Positions 12,146 through 24,299 of a stretch of 64,000 bases of DNA are shown here, one piece after another. The notes beneath the pieces are model-generated. The model made no database searches. It saw nothing but the letters and a program-made list of their open reading frames with translations, and was not told the DNA's origin. The DNA is from Blastocladiella emersonii ATCC 22665. Lineage: Eukaryota > Fungi > Blastocladiomycota. Position numbers and translations under genes: made by a program. Location of the stretch: contig JANHCV010000005.1 of NCBI GenBank assembly GCA_025594325.1, positions 1,736,001-1,800,000 on the forward strand, written 5' to 3'. How positions within the stretch are numbered: the stretch's first letter is position 1; each line of letters starts with the position of its first letter.

Positions 12146-13357
12146 GGCGTTCAAAGATGAGGGGATGGTGTGTGTGCGGGGATGGAGTGCCAGTCGTTCA
12201 AAAACGAGAGTGGATGCCGAGGATCGAGTGAGCACAAGAGGGCGTGCAGGCTTCCGCGCGAACGGGGAGAAACTATCGGGTGCGCGGCCGAGCAGCCGGC
12301 ATTTATCGCCTCCGCGCCTCGGCGCGTCCGATTGCGGCGGGTGGGCAGTGGGCGGCGGCGAGCACCGGCGCCATTTCCTTCCAGAAGCGTGCGAGACGCC
12401 CGCGTCGAACGCACAGGGGAAACTCTCGTTCGGTTCGCCGCTTGAGAAAACGGGTGCGCGGCCAGTCGGCCAGTCTGAGGCGTGTCGCAGCGGTGGGAGA
12501 CGGCGCACCAAGCATGACAAATCCCACCGGGCCTGAGTCAGCCCGAGAAGTGGGGTGGGAGACACGGAGGGTACCAAAACGCGTCGCAATTTAGCCTGGG
12601 ACGCGTTCGAGACGTGGGCGAGTCGGGTGTTCGTGCGGACGCGTCTCCCACCGCGTTGTTGATGTCTCGCACTCGTGCTTGTCTCGCAACTGGTAAACTA
12701 AGACGGGTCGCGTTGAGGGCACAGACACTTGCCGAAGCAGACTTTTGCGCTAGCGTGGCCGAAATAGCTTTCCAGCACGTGATATGAGCCGCGACGCGTC
12801 GCTTCGGACGCGTGTCGCAAACGCCACGTGTTTGTCGTGTTGCCCTGTCCAGCGCGCGATCCGGGTCGAGTTACAGGTTATCAGATTTGTGAGCATGAGT
12901 AGATGGCACTTTCGGTGTGTCGCTGTGGAGTCAAGGTGGGAGACTCGTTCGCCAACCATGACAAATCTCTCCCTCGGACTGAGTCGCTCGGTCAGCTTTG
13001 GGTGTCTTCGGGAGACAGCGGTGCATGTTCGCCAAAAACAAAGGCGGACCCGATACGCATCGCCGCTGTGGATTGCCCTCGATGGGTGCAGCCGGCTGCG
13101 ACGCGTTGCGCCACACACGTGACCAGATGCTTTCACTCATTTCTTCGCGCGCAACCTCCTAGTCTTCGGTCCAATCCTACGGGAGCTCATCTGCGCGCCT
13201 GCTTTGCGTTTAATGCAGGTTCAATCGGGTCAAGCACGCACATCAGTCCGTCCCCTCACAGCGCTCACTCATTTGGTTTCTCCTTGCGCGGTGACGGGGG
13301 AAGTAAGTCGAGCTTGGTGAGGCGAGTACAAAAGGCAAATGATGCAATGAAGTGTAT

Positions 13358-13846
13358 CTATTTCGCAAAGCACCGCTCGAGCTCCAAGAAGTTGCTGAAG
13401 AACCCAAGCACCGCGTTCCCGATCGTCTTGACCAGATCGCCGTCCACCTCGCCAACGTTCTCGCCGACATAGTCCATGACACCATTCGCGCCTTCGCCGC
13501 CGAGCACCTGGCCAGCGTTGTAGATGTGGTTAACCGTGCCAAGCCCGGGAACGAAGTCGCCCACGAGCTTGAGCAGCGTCTCGCCCACACTCGCTGTCTC
13601 CGCGGACGTGATGACACCGTCGGCCAGCACCTTGTTGATCCCGGCGCCAAAGTTGAGCGCCGTCCACGCGGTCATGCCCGTGCCGATGGCGGCGCCGAGC
13701 GCGGCTAGCTTGCTGACCTTGCGCTCCGAGACCTTGCGGTGGCCGTCGCTCCCGATGATGATGTGCGACGACTTGTGCTTCTTGAGGCACTTGATCGGAC
13801 ACCGCAACCCGGACTCCACGTAGTGGCCGGAGAACTTGAACTTCAT
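13358..13846 (-). CDS. Small orphan protein (162 aa): basic N-terminus plus Gly/Ala-rich hydrophobic helices
   Basis: Intronless ORF with GC3-rich codon use like the core genes and a TATAAA about 120 nt upstream. No family recognised. Confidence 0.65.
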   Translation of the reverse strand: MKFKFSGHYVESGLRCPIKCLKKHKSSHIIIGSDGHRKVSERKVSKLAALGAAIGTGMTAWTALNFGAGINKVLADGVITSAETASVGETLLKLVGDFVPGLGTVNHIYNAGQVLGGEGANGVMDYVGENVGEVDGDLVKTIGNAVLGFFSNFLELERCFAK

Positions 13847-13966
13847 GATTGAGTGAGTGTAGGCGACGAGCCAGTGGGAGTCGGAGGGAGGGGAAGTGCA
13901 AGGCAGCTTGTGCAACGGGTCGCGGATGGTGAGGCACGCTGATCCGAGCGGGAGGCGCGCCGACGC

Positions 13967-13972
13967 TTTATA
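13967..13972 (-). promoter_or_regulatory. Putative TATA box of the 13358-13846 orphan gene
   Basis: TATAAA on the minus strand in otherwise GC-rich sequence upstream of the ATG. Confidence 0.4.
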
Positions 13973-14589
13973 GGGGCTGAGTCGCGGGCGCCGCTCTCGG
14001 AAACGCGTCGCCAGCTCGAGCTGTGCAGTTTGGGAAGGGTCTTGCCCCGGAATTAGAGCGGCCGAAGCTCAGGGGAAGCGGGGTGAACCAGGGTGCCCAC
14101 CAGATTGCACCGGCCTCTCAGCCCCGCGCCAGACTTCGCCGTGTTCTCCGCACCCCGCGAACGTGTTCTTTCGAGATCGCCCCGTGGTTCTGGTTCTTTC
14201 CTGCCCGACCGGTTTCCGTGACCCGAACTCGAGCCGCTGCCGCATCCGCAGCACGTTCTGACCGCAGTCCGCAGTCCGCGGCGCGCAGCCCGCACCCCGC
14301 AGCCACGACATGTGCCTTGGAGATCGCGGACGTGCCGTTGCGGCCATCGGCGTGTCCCAAGCGGGTCCTCTCGTACGGGCAACCAGTACACCCAACCTCG
14401 CGTCGCGAGCGAGAGCGCGGGACGCGTCGGGAAATCATGTGACGGTCAGCTGAGCGGCGAGGTTTGACCGCCGCCCTTTTTGCTTCAGCCACGCGCGCGT
14501 CGCTTTTCGCCCTGCCGCTCTCTCAGCGCCGATCGCAGCGAATGAATCCGGCCATAAGTGCCTGCAACGGCTAAGAAACACGCACCGCA

Positions 14590-17073
14590 ATGACATCGCT
14601 CTTCTCGCGCGCCGCGACCGTGGTGCAGACGGCGGCGCGGCTGTCGGCCGACGTCATGGAGCGCGCCAAGGACTCGCTGCCGGGCGTCACCCACGCCATC
14701 ACCGCGCGGACTGCTCCGGGCACGAGCGCCGAGCGGATCGAGACGCTGCTCGACTCGCGCTTCGACGTCGAGAAGCTCGAGGGCCTGCGCGCCGTGCTGC
14801 AGCTCATGTCGCAGCCGCCCGCCGCCGCACCCGCCTCGTCATCCTCGTCGCCCGACGCCGACGCGGCCTCCCACTACTTTGCCCACGTCGTCAAGAACGC
14901 CGTCAACGCAAACCCGGAGCTCCGCCGCCACGTCTACGCCTACGTCGCCGTCTACGCCACGGCGCACCCGGACCTCGCCCTGCTGTGCATCAACGCCCTG
15001 CAGCGCGACCTCGCCGACCCGAACCCCGCCACGCGCGCGCTCGCCCTCCGCACGCTCGCCGCCATCCACCTCGGCCCCGTCGTGCCCGTCGTCTCGGCTG
15101 CGCTCCTGACCGCGAGCAAGGACATCAGCCCGCTCGTCCGCAAGACGGCCGCGCTCGCCGTCGCCCGCGTCGCGCCCGCCATCGACCCGGATAACGTCGC
15201 CGACCTGCTCGACGCGTTCCTCAACGACCGCGAGCCGGGCGTCGCGGGCGCCGCCGTCCAGGCCCTCGTCGCTATCGACCCGCGCCCCGAGTCTCTCGCG
15301 TGCCTCCACCCACACTACCGTCGCCTGTGCGACCTTGTTGTCGGTATGGACCACGTCGCCCAGGCCGCTACCCTCAACGCGCTGCTCAAGTACGCGCGCG
15401 CGTTCCTGCCGCCACCCGCCGCGCTGATGCTCGGTGCCACCGCGCCCGCCAAGGGCAAGACCAAGGTGGGCGCCGCAGTTGCAGCGGACCCGGACCTCGA
15501 GCTCCTGTGGCAGGCCGCCGCAGCGCTGCGCGGCTCCTCGCACGCGCCCGTCCTGTACGCCGCGGCGACGATCCTTTCGACGACCGCGACGCCCGAGTAC
15601 CGCGGGGACCTCGTCGACGCCCTCGTCCTCCTCGTCGCCGCGCACCCGGTCGCGCAGCTGCCCGCGCTGCACCTCGCCCTCGCGTACGCGCAGTCGTACC
15701 CGTCGGACCTGCGCCCGCACCTGTCCCTGTTCCGCATTTCGGGCGCCGACGCCGAGCCCGTACGCGCGCTGAAACTGCGGGTGCAGGTCGCGCTGCTGAG
15801 CGACGCGACGGCGCCCACGGTGCTCGGCGACCTACGCCACGCCATCTACGCGGCCGAGTCGCCCGCAGCCGCCGCGCTGCTCGTCCAGCTCGCGAAACGC
15901 GCCGAGTGGCGCGACCGCGTGTTCCCGCACGTCCTCGAGCTGCTCACCCACCCGAACCCGCTGCTCGTTGCGCAGGCGATCGTCGCAGTCAAGTACCTCT
16001 TCGCGACGACATCGGGCGCCGCCGTGTTGGCGGAACTCGACACGATGCGCGCGCGCGTCCTCACCGAGCTCGTCCGCGTGCTCCCGGATTGCACCCACGC
16101 CGCCGCCAAGGCCACGCTGCTGTACCTGTGTGGCCTGCACCTCGCCACCTCGCCGCTCGTCCGCCGCCTCCTCCCGGACCTCCTCCGCATCACGGCGCTC
16201 TCGTTCAACGCCGACGCTGACGCCGTCAAGTTCACGGCGCTCGCGCTCGCTGGCAAGGCGAAAGCCGCGACGCACCCGGACCCGCGCGTCGCGCAGCTCG
16301 CCGAGTACATTCTCGCGCTCGGCCGTGCCGCCGCCGCTGTCGAGGTCCGCGAGAAGACTCGCCTGCTCGACGCCGTCCTCGACCCCGCGCGCCCGCACGT
16401 CGATGGGGTCCGGCCCATCGACCTGATCCTCGGCCCACACGCGCTCACTGCGGCGACAAAGAAGTCCTCGAGCACCACCGCCTCGTCGTCAACCGCGCGC
16501 GGCCCGCTCGACCCCGCCCTCGGTCCCTGGACGCCCATCATCGCGACCGACGCACACGTCCGCGACCCGCCACCCGCCCCCGCCGCGCCTACCGTCGCCC
16601 AGCCCCGCGCCCGCTCGCCGTCCCCCGCAACTGCCGCCGGGTACCGCGTCCCGCTCCCGCGCTCGCGCAGCGTGTCGCCCGTCCGCCCCGCGCTCGTGCC
16701 CGGCGCGCTCAGCGCCGCGGCGTCAAGCCACCACTACGTGGTGAACGAGTCCCGCGAGGAGGCGGCCAACCGCGAAGCTCGCGCGGCGAGGCAGGCGCAG
16801 CTCGAGGCGTTCCTTGGCGGTGATTCGGACGAGGAGGACGAGGACGGGGTAGAGGGCAGTGAAGAGGAGGTGAGCGGCGCGGATCTGATCGAGGATCTGC
16901 TGATGCAGGCCGGGTTCGACGACGATGATGACGACGACGAGGAAGAGGAGGAAGTAGCGGACGAGGTCGACGTCGCTGCGGAATCGGGTTCCCCTGCTGC
17001 TGTAGCCGCTGGTGAGCCGGCGGGTGCGGACGGGTTCCTGTTGACGCTTCCAGCCGAGAACGTGTGGAAGTAG
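14590..17073 (+). CDS. APL6: AP-3 adaptor complex beta subunit
   Basis: Adaptin N-terminal motifs (LLDSRFDVEKLEGLR; YFAHVVKN; DLALLCINALQRDLADPNPATRALALR; SKDISPLVRKTAALA) and an acidic C-terminal hinge typical of beta-3. Confidence 0.85.
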   Translation: MTSLFSRAATVVQTAARLSADVMERAKDSLPGVTHAITARTAPGTSAERIETLLDSRFDVEKLEGLRAVLQLMSQPPAAAPASSSSSPDADAASHYFAHVVKNAVNANPELRRHVYAYVAVYATAHPDLALLCINALQRDLADPNPATRALALRTLAAIHLGPVVPVVSAALLTASKDISPLVRKTAALAVARVAPAIDPDNVADLLDAFLNDREPGVAGAAVQALVAIDPRPESLACLHPHYRRLCDLVVGMDHVAQAATLNALLKYARAFLPPPAALMLGATAPAKGKTKVGAAVAADPDLELLWQAAAALRGSSHAPVLYAAATILSTTATPEYRGDLVDALVLLVAAHPVAQLPALHLALAYAQSYPSDLRPHLSLFRISGADAEPVRALKLRVQVALLSDATAPTVLGDLRHAIYAAESPAAAALLVQLAKRAEWRDRVFPHVLELLTHPNPLLVAQAIVAVKYLFATTSGAAVLAELDTMRARVLTELVRVLPDCTHAAAKATLLYLCGLHLATSPLVRRLLPDLLRITALSFNADADAVKFTALALAGKAKAATHPDPRVAQLAEYILALGRAAAAVEVREKTRLLDAVLDPARPHVDGVRPIDLILGPHALTAATKKSSSTTASSSTARGPLDPALGPWTPIIATDAHVRDPPPAPAAPTVAQPRARSPSPATAAGYRVPLPRSRSVSPVRPALVPGALSAAASSHHYVVNESREEAANREARAARQAQLEAFLGGDSDEEDEDGVEGSEEEVSGADLIEDLLMQAGFDDDDDDDEEEEEVADEVDVAAESGSPAAVAAGEPAGADGFLLTLPAENVWK

Positions 17074-17119
17074 CATTTGTTCGGCCAGCGTGAATAGACA
17101 TGATTTTCACTTATTCGAC

Positions 17120-17490
17120 CACGATGCGCTGAGAGGACATGCTGCTGCGGTCATGCAGCTTGCACCTCGCGGCCGCGCCGCTCGTCTGCCACCTGCTCCC
17201 TGGACCTCCTCTGCATCACGACGCCGTCCTTCAACGTCGACGCCGACGGGATTAAACTTACGGCGCTCGCCCTCGCCGCGAAAGCCAAGGCCGCGGCCAG
17301 GGGCCGGCGACTAGCCTAGCAGGGCCGCGGCGTAGCTGGACCCTCGCGTCCGCCAGCGCGTCGCGCAGCTCGCCGAGCACATTCTCGCGCTTGGCCGCTC
17401 CGCCACCGCCGTCGAAGTCCGCGAGAAGGCGCGACTCCTTGACGTCGTACTCGACCCAACGCACCCGCACATCAACGGGGTCCTGCTGAC
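17120..17490 (+). pseudogene. Degenerate local duplicate of an internal AP-3 beta segment (~16100-16415)
   Basis: Direct nucleotide similarity (cacctcgc..gccgctcgtc..gacctcct..gcatcacg..ttcaacg..gacg; gcgcagctcgccgag..cattctcgcgct; gtccgcgagaag) with indels and stops. Confidence 0.8.
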
Positions 17491-17653
17491 GGCGAGAATG
17501 CCCCCTTGCGGTAATCGCCGCCACGATCAAACGCGTCTTGCGGCGGTCACATGATAAATATCTCAACGCGTCTCCGAGGTTCGACTCTGGCAGAAAATAA
17601 AGGCTCGAATAATTATTACCGCGTTTACATAGGAATGAGACCAACGCAATAGA

Positions 17654-19948
17654 TTAGAGGTGCTCCCCATAGACCTTCATGAAAGCGGGCCGAAGTACGG
17701 TGCGGGGCGCGAGGCGACGCAGCCCGGCGATAATTTCCTTGAGAAGCGAACTGCTCTGGTCCTCCTTTTCGAGGGCGACTCGGGTCACGAGCCCAACAAG
17801 CTCTTCAGTGGCAACGGCCCCGTCAAAAACGCCAGCCGGAAGGTAGTTCCACGCGGGAATGGCATCGCGCCCGCTTGGGTTTTCCACGAGAGCTTCGAAC
17901 AAGGCACGCGGATCGGCCGTCGCGAGAGCACGTCCGAGGCCGTGCACCGTGGCAGTCAAGTCGCACACACAGTCACACGAGTCGCGGGCCTTGGGGTCCT
18001 CTTCATACTGTAGATCGGACAATTCTGCGGTCCAGACGAGGCCAGACCAAACCTTTTGAGCAAGCGAGAAACCTATTGCCTCTGTGGGATTGATTGGGAA
18101 CGCGCCAAGTAAAATTGAAAGCGTGTCGCGCCAAATTTGTTGCCAAAAGAGCGGACAGTGGGTGCAAACGTGAAGGACAGGCAGAGCCTCGACCTCGGTC
18201 CGGGAAGCATCATGAACCCTGCCCAGCCGCGTAATTGCGTCTACCCTGTATGATTCAATCATCGAGTTGCGAAACTTGATTTCGCAGCCAGCGGCTCGGA
18301 TCATTTCAAGCGCCGGGTGGCGGGTCTGCAAGTTGGCTAGGACTCCCACAGCAAGACGTGCGAGATGCAACGATGTGCCCATCAAGGGCTTGTCTCGTTT
18401 CTTGGAGAGCCGTCGAAGGGTTATGGCAAGCAGGTCGAGCGGGTCGACAAGCATGGTGCCGCCAAGGAGGGGTCCGTACAGGTCAAAACCATACCCTGAT
18501 ATCCGATTCCTCTGGCTGATTTCGGAGAATGCATTGCATATTGCGTCAAGGTCGACGACACCAATGCTGAGGATGGAGGCCATGACGGCCTGGACATTTG
18601 CCCTCATTAGCACCGCGTCGCTGAAAACTACACAGTGGCTCCCCGGCGTTAGTATTTGGAGCTGTCCGAAGTGAACAACATGGCGACGCACCTTCCAGTA
18701 GCAGCGTGCTCCATTCTTGATCACTGCGCTGCTCTCTCAAAGCAGAAACGACGTCGTGGTTACCGCGCTCCAAGGCGACATGAAGGATTTCAAGCCGTGA
18801 ATGATCCCCAACGAGGTTGTGCGACAACAGAATGTGAAGATCGGCCAACGAAAGTGTGTCCGAGCGAAACCACTGCGAGAATCCCTTATCGACTTCATCG
18901 TGCAGCATGTGGTCAAGCGATCCGTTGATTTGCAATACCTCGATGTGGTTTGTGAGGAGGGGAATCAAGCAGCGCGGGCCGCGCGAAGCCGCGGCAATAC
19001 CGATCTGGCGCGGCACCAAGGTATCGCGCCAACCGTGGAAATGGAGCCAGAGAACAGCCTGGAGGAACTGGTCACAGTCGCTGCCATCACTGGCTGGATC
19101 TGCGCAATGCCTGAGCGCGGGGTCTCCAAGTCTGTCGGTGGACATGAGCTTGACGAGCACAGCTGTCATCGGTTTGTAACATTCGTTGAGTTCCAAGGTC
19201 TCAAGCGAGAATACTGCCAGTTGGCGATGGCAAAGAAACCAACGGCATCAGCAAGTCGGACAGGGAGAGGGGCAAGCTGTTCGCTCTCGTGCTGCAGGAA
19301 GCGGGGCAGCGTGAAGCCGTCCACGGTTGCGATAGCGCACCAGTGAGAAAGCTCCGTAACCATTTCGAACACGTCGGGGAAGGTCTCGAGCGCAGCAGCA
19401 AGAATTTGCTGAAGTAGGTGAACTCGGCCAGTCATGGCTGCTCCAAACAAGAGATGGAGAAAGCTCGGAAGCGCGTGAAACCGCATATGGTCGTTCGGTT
19501 GAGTACAGTAGCGCTTGATCTGATGCTCCAACGACTCCGCCTGCAATTGACCAAGATGGATCCGGCGCGAGAGACGGCGGGCATATGCGGCAAGAATCGC
19601 GGACTGGTGATTCCAATACGAGCCTTGAGGGAGCTGAGAAAGTAAGCTTGGGTCCATGCTGCGCAGCAGATAGTGGCCCGCAGTTCTGCTCGCATCAAAC
19701 CCGAAGCGGATGATCTCGAAGCCTCCCGCGTCTGAGGCACGCATCTGAAGCACAATGGGCCCAGTAATCTGGTCAACCCAGTGAAGCGTGACGCGAGTGT
19801 CGTGAGCCGAGTGGTAAAGACACGCCGAAGCTGTGCACAAGGTGGCACACGGCGCGGCAAGCGTGAGGACTTGCTCAAGGATCTCGGGCGGTAAACTCGC
19901 AAGAGTGGGCGGCCGAGGGCCTGCATCGCATTGCATGAGGTGCTTCAT
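17654..19948 (-). pseudogene. F-box-like N-terminus / helical-repeat protein, frameshifted into three overlapping ORFs
   Basis: N-terminus TLASLPPEILEQVLTL is F-box-like. ORFs 19166-19948, 18546-19196 and 17654-18724 overlap end-to-end in successive frames. Paralogous motifs occur at 45130 and 55726. Confidence 0.6.
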
Positions 19949-20059
19949 GGTGAGCTGTGATACCCGAGGAGGTAGAGGAGAGAGTACGGGTGAGAGGGGT
20001 CGGCGCGTCTGAGAAGCCTGCCCTCAAACTCGGTCACATGATAAAAAATCGCGCTCAAG

Positions 20060-22520
20060 CGGCTCGCGGGTCGCGAGCGTGCTCGCGCTGCCGTGCCGGT
20101 ACAATCAGCCTGTTTATGTCCACGTAACATGCTCAAGAAATTGAGAGTCAGAAGTGAACCTGAACAATTTCTCTAATCAGAGCAGAAACAAAACAAACAA
20201 AGCGCGAGTCTGTGGCCTAGTTGGGGAACAGGGGAAGCAGAACCGCATGCTCGAGCCGACCATCGAGAGCGAAGCGTGCCGACATCGAGCCAATGACCTT
20301 GGGGGTAGGCTCCGATTCGAGCGACATGACAGTGTCGACCACCCTGCGGTCGACCATGGCCGTGCGGCAGAATGCGAGGTACTCAGCGAGCGCGTCGCTG
20401 TCGCCCTCCCACTCCATGGCAGGGTACGGTTCCTTGCAATAGCGCGCGTAATCTTCCTCGGCCACCCCGGCGAGGGCGAGCGGCATGGCGGCTTTCATGC
20501 GCGCAGCCATGGGTAGGTGCCTTGGTGGGAGCGGCGGCACATACAAGTAGCCGACGTCGAGCCCCGGCGTAACCCAGTCAGACTTGCCCTGCGGCGCGAT
20601 CACGACGGGCCAATTGACGAACAAGACGGCGATCAAGCCGCGCGCACCGCGGCCCATCAATTTCATAGTCCACGTGCCGTGGGTCTCATTGCCGATCCGC
20701 AGAAGTTTTTCGAATAGTTTCTTGAGCGCAAGTGCGTTCGCCGCCGCAGAGCCAGAGTTCAAAGGGAGCGCCGTCGTCAAACCCGCGCTCTTGGACGAGC
20801 CGTCGGCCACGGCGTACATGTCCGAGAGCGTCGCGAGCGCGACCTTGTGCATGAAGATGGGCGCGGGCGGTCCACGTTTCGCAAAATAGCCCGGGATACT
20901 CGCGAGCTGCGGGATCAGCGGACCAAGTCCAAGCGCAGGTGCAACGGCGTGCGAAAGCTTGCGCACCGTCACAGTCACAATCCGCTTCTTGCGGCTGGTC
21001 ACGACACTCGTTACACGCGCCGAGTAAGGCAAGCGGACGGTCATCACCTTGTCATCGACCAGTAAAGCGACGGCGCCGCTGTACTGCGCAAGATCATGGT
21101 CTGGGACGGGCTGGACCGAGACGCGCTCACGCCTGCGCGAAATGGTAAGCGTGAGCTCGGAAGTGTCGTCTCCTCGATCGGCGAGTTGAGCGATAGCTAG
21201 ATACCAAGCCGGGCGGCGAGCGGATCTGGCAGCGGAGAGCGCAGCGTGCTCCATAATCCCGCGCAGCGCACCCTGCGCAATGGTCAGCGGAACGAGCCGA
21301 GCGCGAACAGCAGGGGTCGACGATTGCGTGTCGTCGTGGGCAAGCGGAAGCCAGTTGGAAATGCAAACGGGGTTCGACTTGGCATAGTTGCGGGCCTGGA
21401 CAAGAGCAGTATTTGCATGGAGCGCGAAGCGAGCATGGGGAAAGTCCTCCGTCACCTTGGGATCGAGGTACCATGAGACAGTCGCCGTGCCGCTAGCAAC
21501 GTCGTGGGTCAAGTTCAAGCTCTCAAAGAAAGTAAGAGTCTCGGACAAAGGATCCAGTTTCGCGGCAACGCGAACGCAGCAAGAGCTCAAGTCAGTGGGC
21601 AAGTCGTGAAGATTGAACGAAGCGGTAGCCTGCGCGACCATGAGTTCACCCGCATCAGGCTGAGCGAAACCGTGGAGCTTGGAAAGCAACAGACGCTCCT
21701 CGCCCACGACGTCAGTCGCGTTGGAAAAGTAGCTGATCCAGTCCTCGCTCAACGAACAAGGTGGGAACGGAAGGACGGTGTAGGGTGCAGAACCTGTCCA
21801 CACAAGACGACGCGAAGCCATGGCGTAAGCGATCGCTTTGACGCCAAACGCGGGCGTCGAAAACGAACCACCTATAGAAACGCGTGAATTAATGGCCATC
21901 TAACTAGTGAAACAAGCGGACACACGTACCCAGCGTGAATTTGAGATCATCGCTGTGACCGGCGAAGCTCGAGATAAACTTGAGTATGGGAAGCAGCTGG
22001 TCCGACTCAGCCATGGAAATCGGAACGTCGGGCGTGCCAAGCTTCACAAAGGTGATGCTGCGGTAAGGCACGATACCTGAAGTACCGCCCTTGTTGGGCG
22101 CAAATGGACGAACTTGCGCCAACCAATGGTCACATTTCGCGTCTTGCTGCTCGTAAAGCGCGACGCCAAAGAGCGTTGAAAAGGCGTGCGGGGGAAGCGC
22201 GTAGTGCTCTTTGAAGTAGTCGAGCGGATGCGAGTAGCGGGCCATCGCCCGATTTGAGCACAAGCGTAAAATCGACTTGTCGGTCGCGGTGGCACTGCTG
22301 TGCTTGAGCAGGTGCGAGCCGTGAAGCGCAAGATTGAGCGGGCCGCAGCGGTCCATGAGAGTGGAGGTGTCGATTACGTCAAAGCGCTGCTGCGGGTCGT
22401 CAGTGATAAAGAAAGACGTCGGAAGCGTGCGAGTCGCGGAACGGATCGAAGTGGTCGGCCGGGTCGGAGTAAATCACCGACGCGCTCGTCCGAGTCGGCA
22501 CAAAATCAGCCGGTGAATCC
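20060..22520 (-). pseudogene. DUF4470/MYND-type gene paralog, 5'-truncated, with an in-frame stop and a decayed zinc finger
   Basis: RFDVIDTSTLMDRCGPLNL aligns with RFDVVDTNNLMDACGLLSI of the plus-strand paralog. A stop separates ORFs 21904-22356 and 20217-21899 in one frame. Cys-relic sequence follows LLPLFPN. Confidence 0.6.
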
Positions 22521-22720
22521 ATTGCGCAAAGTTATTCCATGTGCTGAGCATCAGTAGGGATGAGGTGTGCAAGTCGAGCCGACCCGAGGCGCGGCGAAGG
22601 CAGACATCCTGCCTCACCGCGATGTGAGTGGCAGATTAGTGGCGTGTTGTGGCAAACGCCACGGCCGCTCAACTTTCGCGACCCGGGGTCACGCCGATCT
22701 GCTCTCCCCCACTCGCAACC

Positions 22721-24260
22721 ATGAAGGCAAAAAAGAAGGCTAGGAAGCCCGCAACTTGCGGCAATGCATCGCCCACCACTAGAGATCACGCTATTTTGGA
22801 CGAGCGACCTGTGGCGTCGATCCCGCCGATGCTGACATGTCGCGCTACGAACCGCGGCAACACCGTCTCTTGGTACCATCCATTCCGCCGGTTCCCTCCA
22901 CGCGACCTCCTTCTGTACCACGACCCTTGCACGCGTACCGAGCTGAACGCGCTCCTCTGCGGCTGCGGCGACCTAGCCGAAGTTGCTCGGACCGTGTGCG
23001 AGGCGGCGAGCAAGGGCGCCACGGCGACGCTCTCATTTACTCTCAACGACTGGAACCCCGAGATCCTCGCGCGAAACCTGCTTATTCTTCACGCCATCGC
23101 TTCCGCATCTCCAGCCGATATCGAGGCGGACACGCTTGCCCGCCGCGTCGGCCAGCTGTGGTACTCGCCGGTACTTGATCCCGAAGCTCGTGATTTTTGG
23201 AATGCCCAGATGCGCGCTTGTATCGAAACTGACTGGCTCGATGTTGCGCCGCACGCATCGCTCCGCGTCATCAACAACGCGACACTTGGCGAGCTACGCT
23301 GCTGCTGGCGCGCCTGGCTTGATGTGGGCTGGTCCATCGACACGCTCCTCAAGAAGCGGGCCCAGTACATCGAGAAGTCGAGTCTCATGACCGAGCCCAC
23401 CACCGACGCTCAGCTCTCGACGAGCGCGGCCATAGCTGTCAACAAGTCAACTCTCAGTTTCCCGGTGTCTTCAAAACGGCTGATCTTTCGCGCATCACTT
23501 GTAACCTTGACCGCCTCATGTCGTCCGGTGCCTTCACGCAGGCAGCCTCGCCTGTTGTGAGCTCAACGTTTCTGCTCCGCTCAGCCGATGGTGGCGCATA
23601 TTATGCCGTCGATTTCAACACGTTTCCATCCAATGCCTTTGACTTCATTCTTGAGCAAGAGCTTCCTGAGGATACCATGCTCTCAAGGTTTCGGCAATGG
23701 GTCAAGGCGCTCCACGATGGCCTGAGTAGCGACAACTCCAATCCGCGTGTCCGAGTGGCCTTGATTCACGGCCACGCGGTCACGGCCATGGAGCAGCTCA
23801 CAGCCGACCCCACCATGCGGTTTGACGTTGTGGACACGAACAATCTCATGGACGCGTGCGGCCTGCTCAGCATCCTCAACCACGGATCGGCGCTCCTTCG
23901 CCACACTGACGATTCTCGTGATCGCGCTCGCTTGCTCGCATACTCGCGACTTGACTGCGCCGAGGAGCTGCGCGATTACAACGAATACTTGCTGGGAAAG
24001 ACGGGACTTGACTACGGTGCATTTCCAGCCTTCTTTGGTGTTTCTCTTGACGAAAAACCAACTCCCTGCGAGCCAGCAACGTGGCACAACCGCTTCACCT
24101 TGAGTCTCCTTCACCTTGAAAAAGAACCTGTCACTTACCTCACTTTTACCAAACTTCCGCACCCGACTGTGCCAACGGCGCTGCTCGGATCTTAACTTTT
24201 GACGGCGAGCCTGCAGGCGTGTGTCCAGTTTCACGTCAATCTTCAGGACCAAAGTACCTA
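22721..24260 (+). pseudogene. 5' half of a DUF4470-type gene, interrupted by the transposon at 24261
   Basis: LLCGCGDLAEVART..SFTLNDWNPEILARNLLIL matches the DUF4470 N-terminal motif. There is a frameshift near 23520 and a stop at 24193. Confidence 0.65.
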
Positions 24261-24295
24261 CACCCATTTTCACTTCCGATGAGACAGTCAGCGAC
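24261..24295 (+). repeat. Left terminal inverted repeat (35 bp)
   Basis: CACCCATTTTCACTTCCGATGAGACAGTCAGCGAC. Confidence 0.95.
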
Positions 24296-24299
24296 CAGA

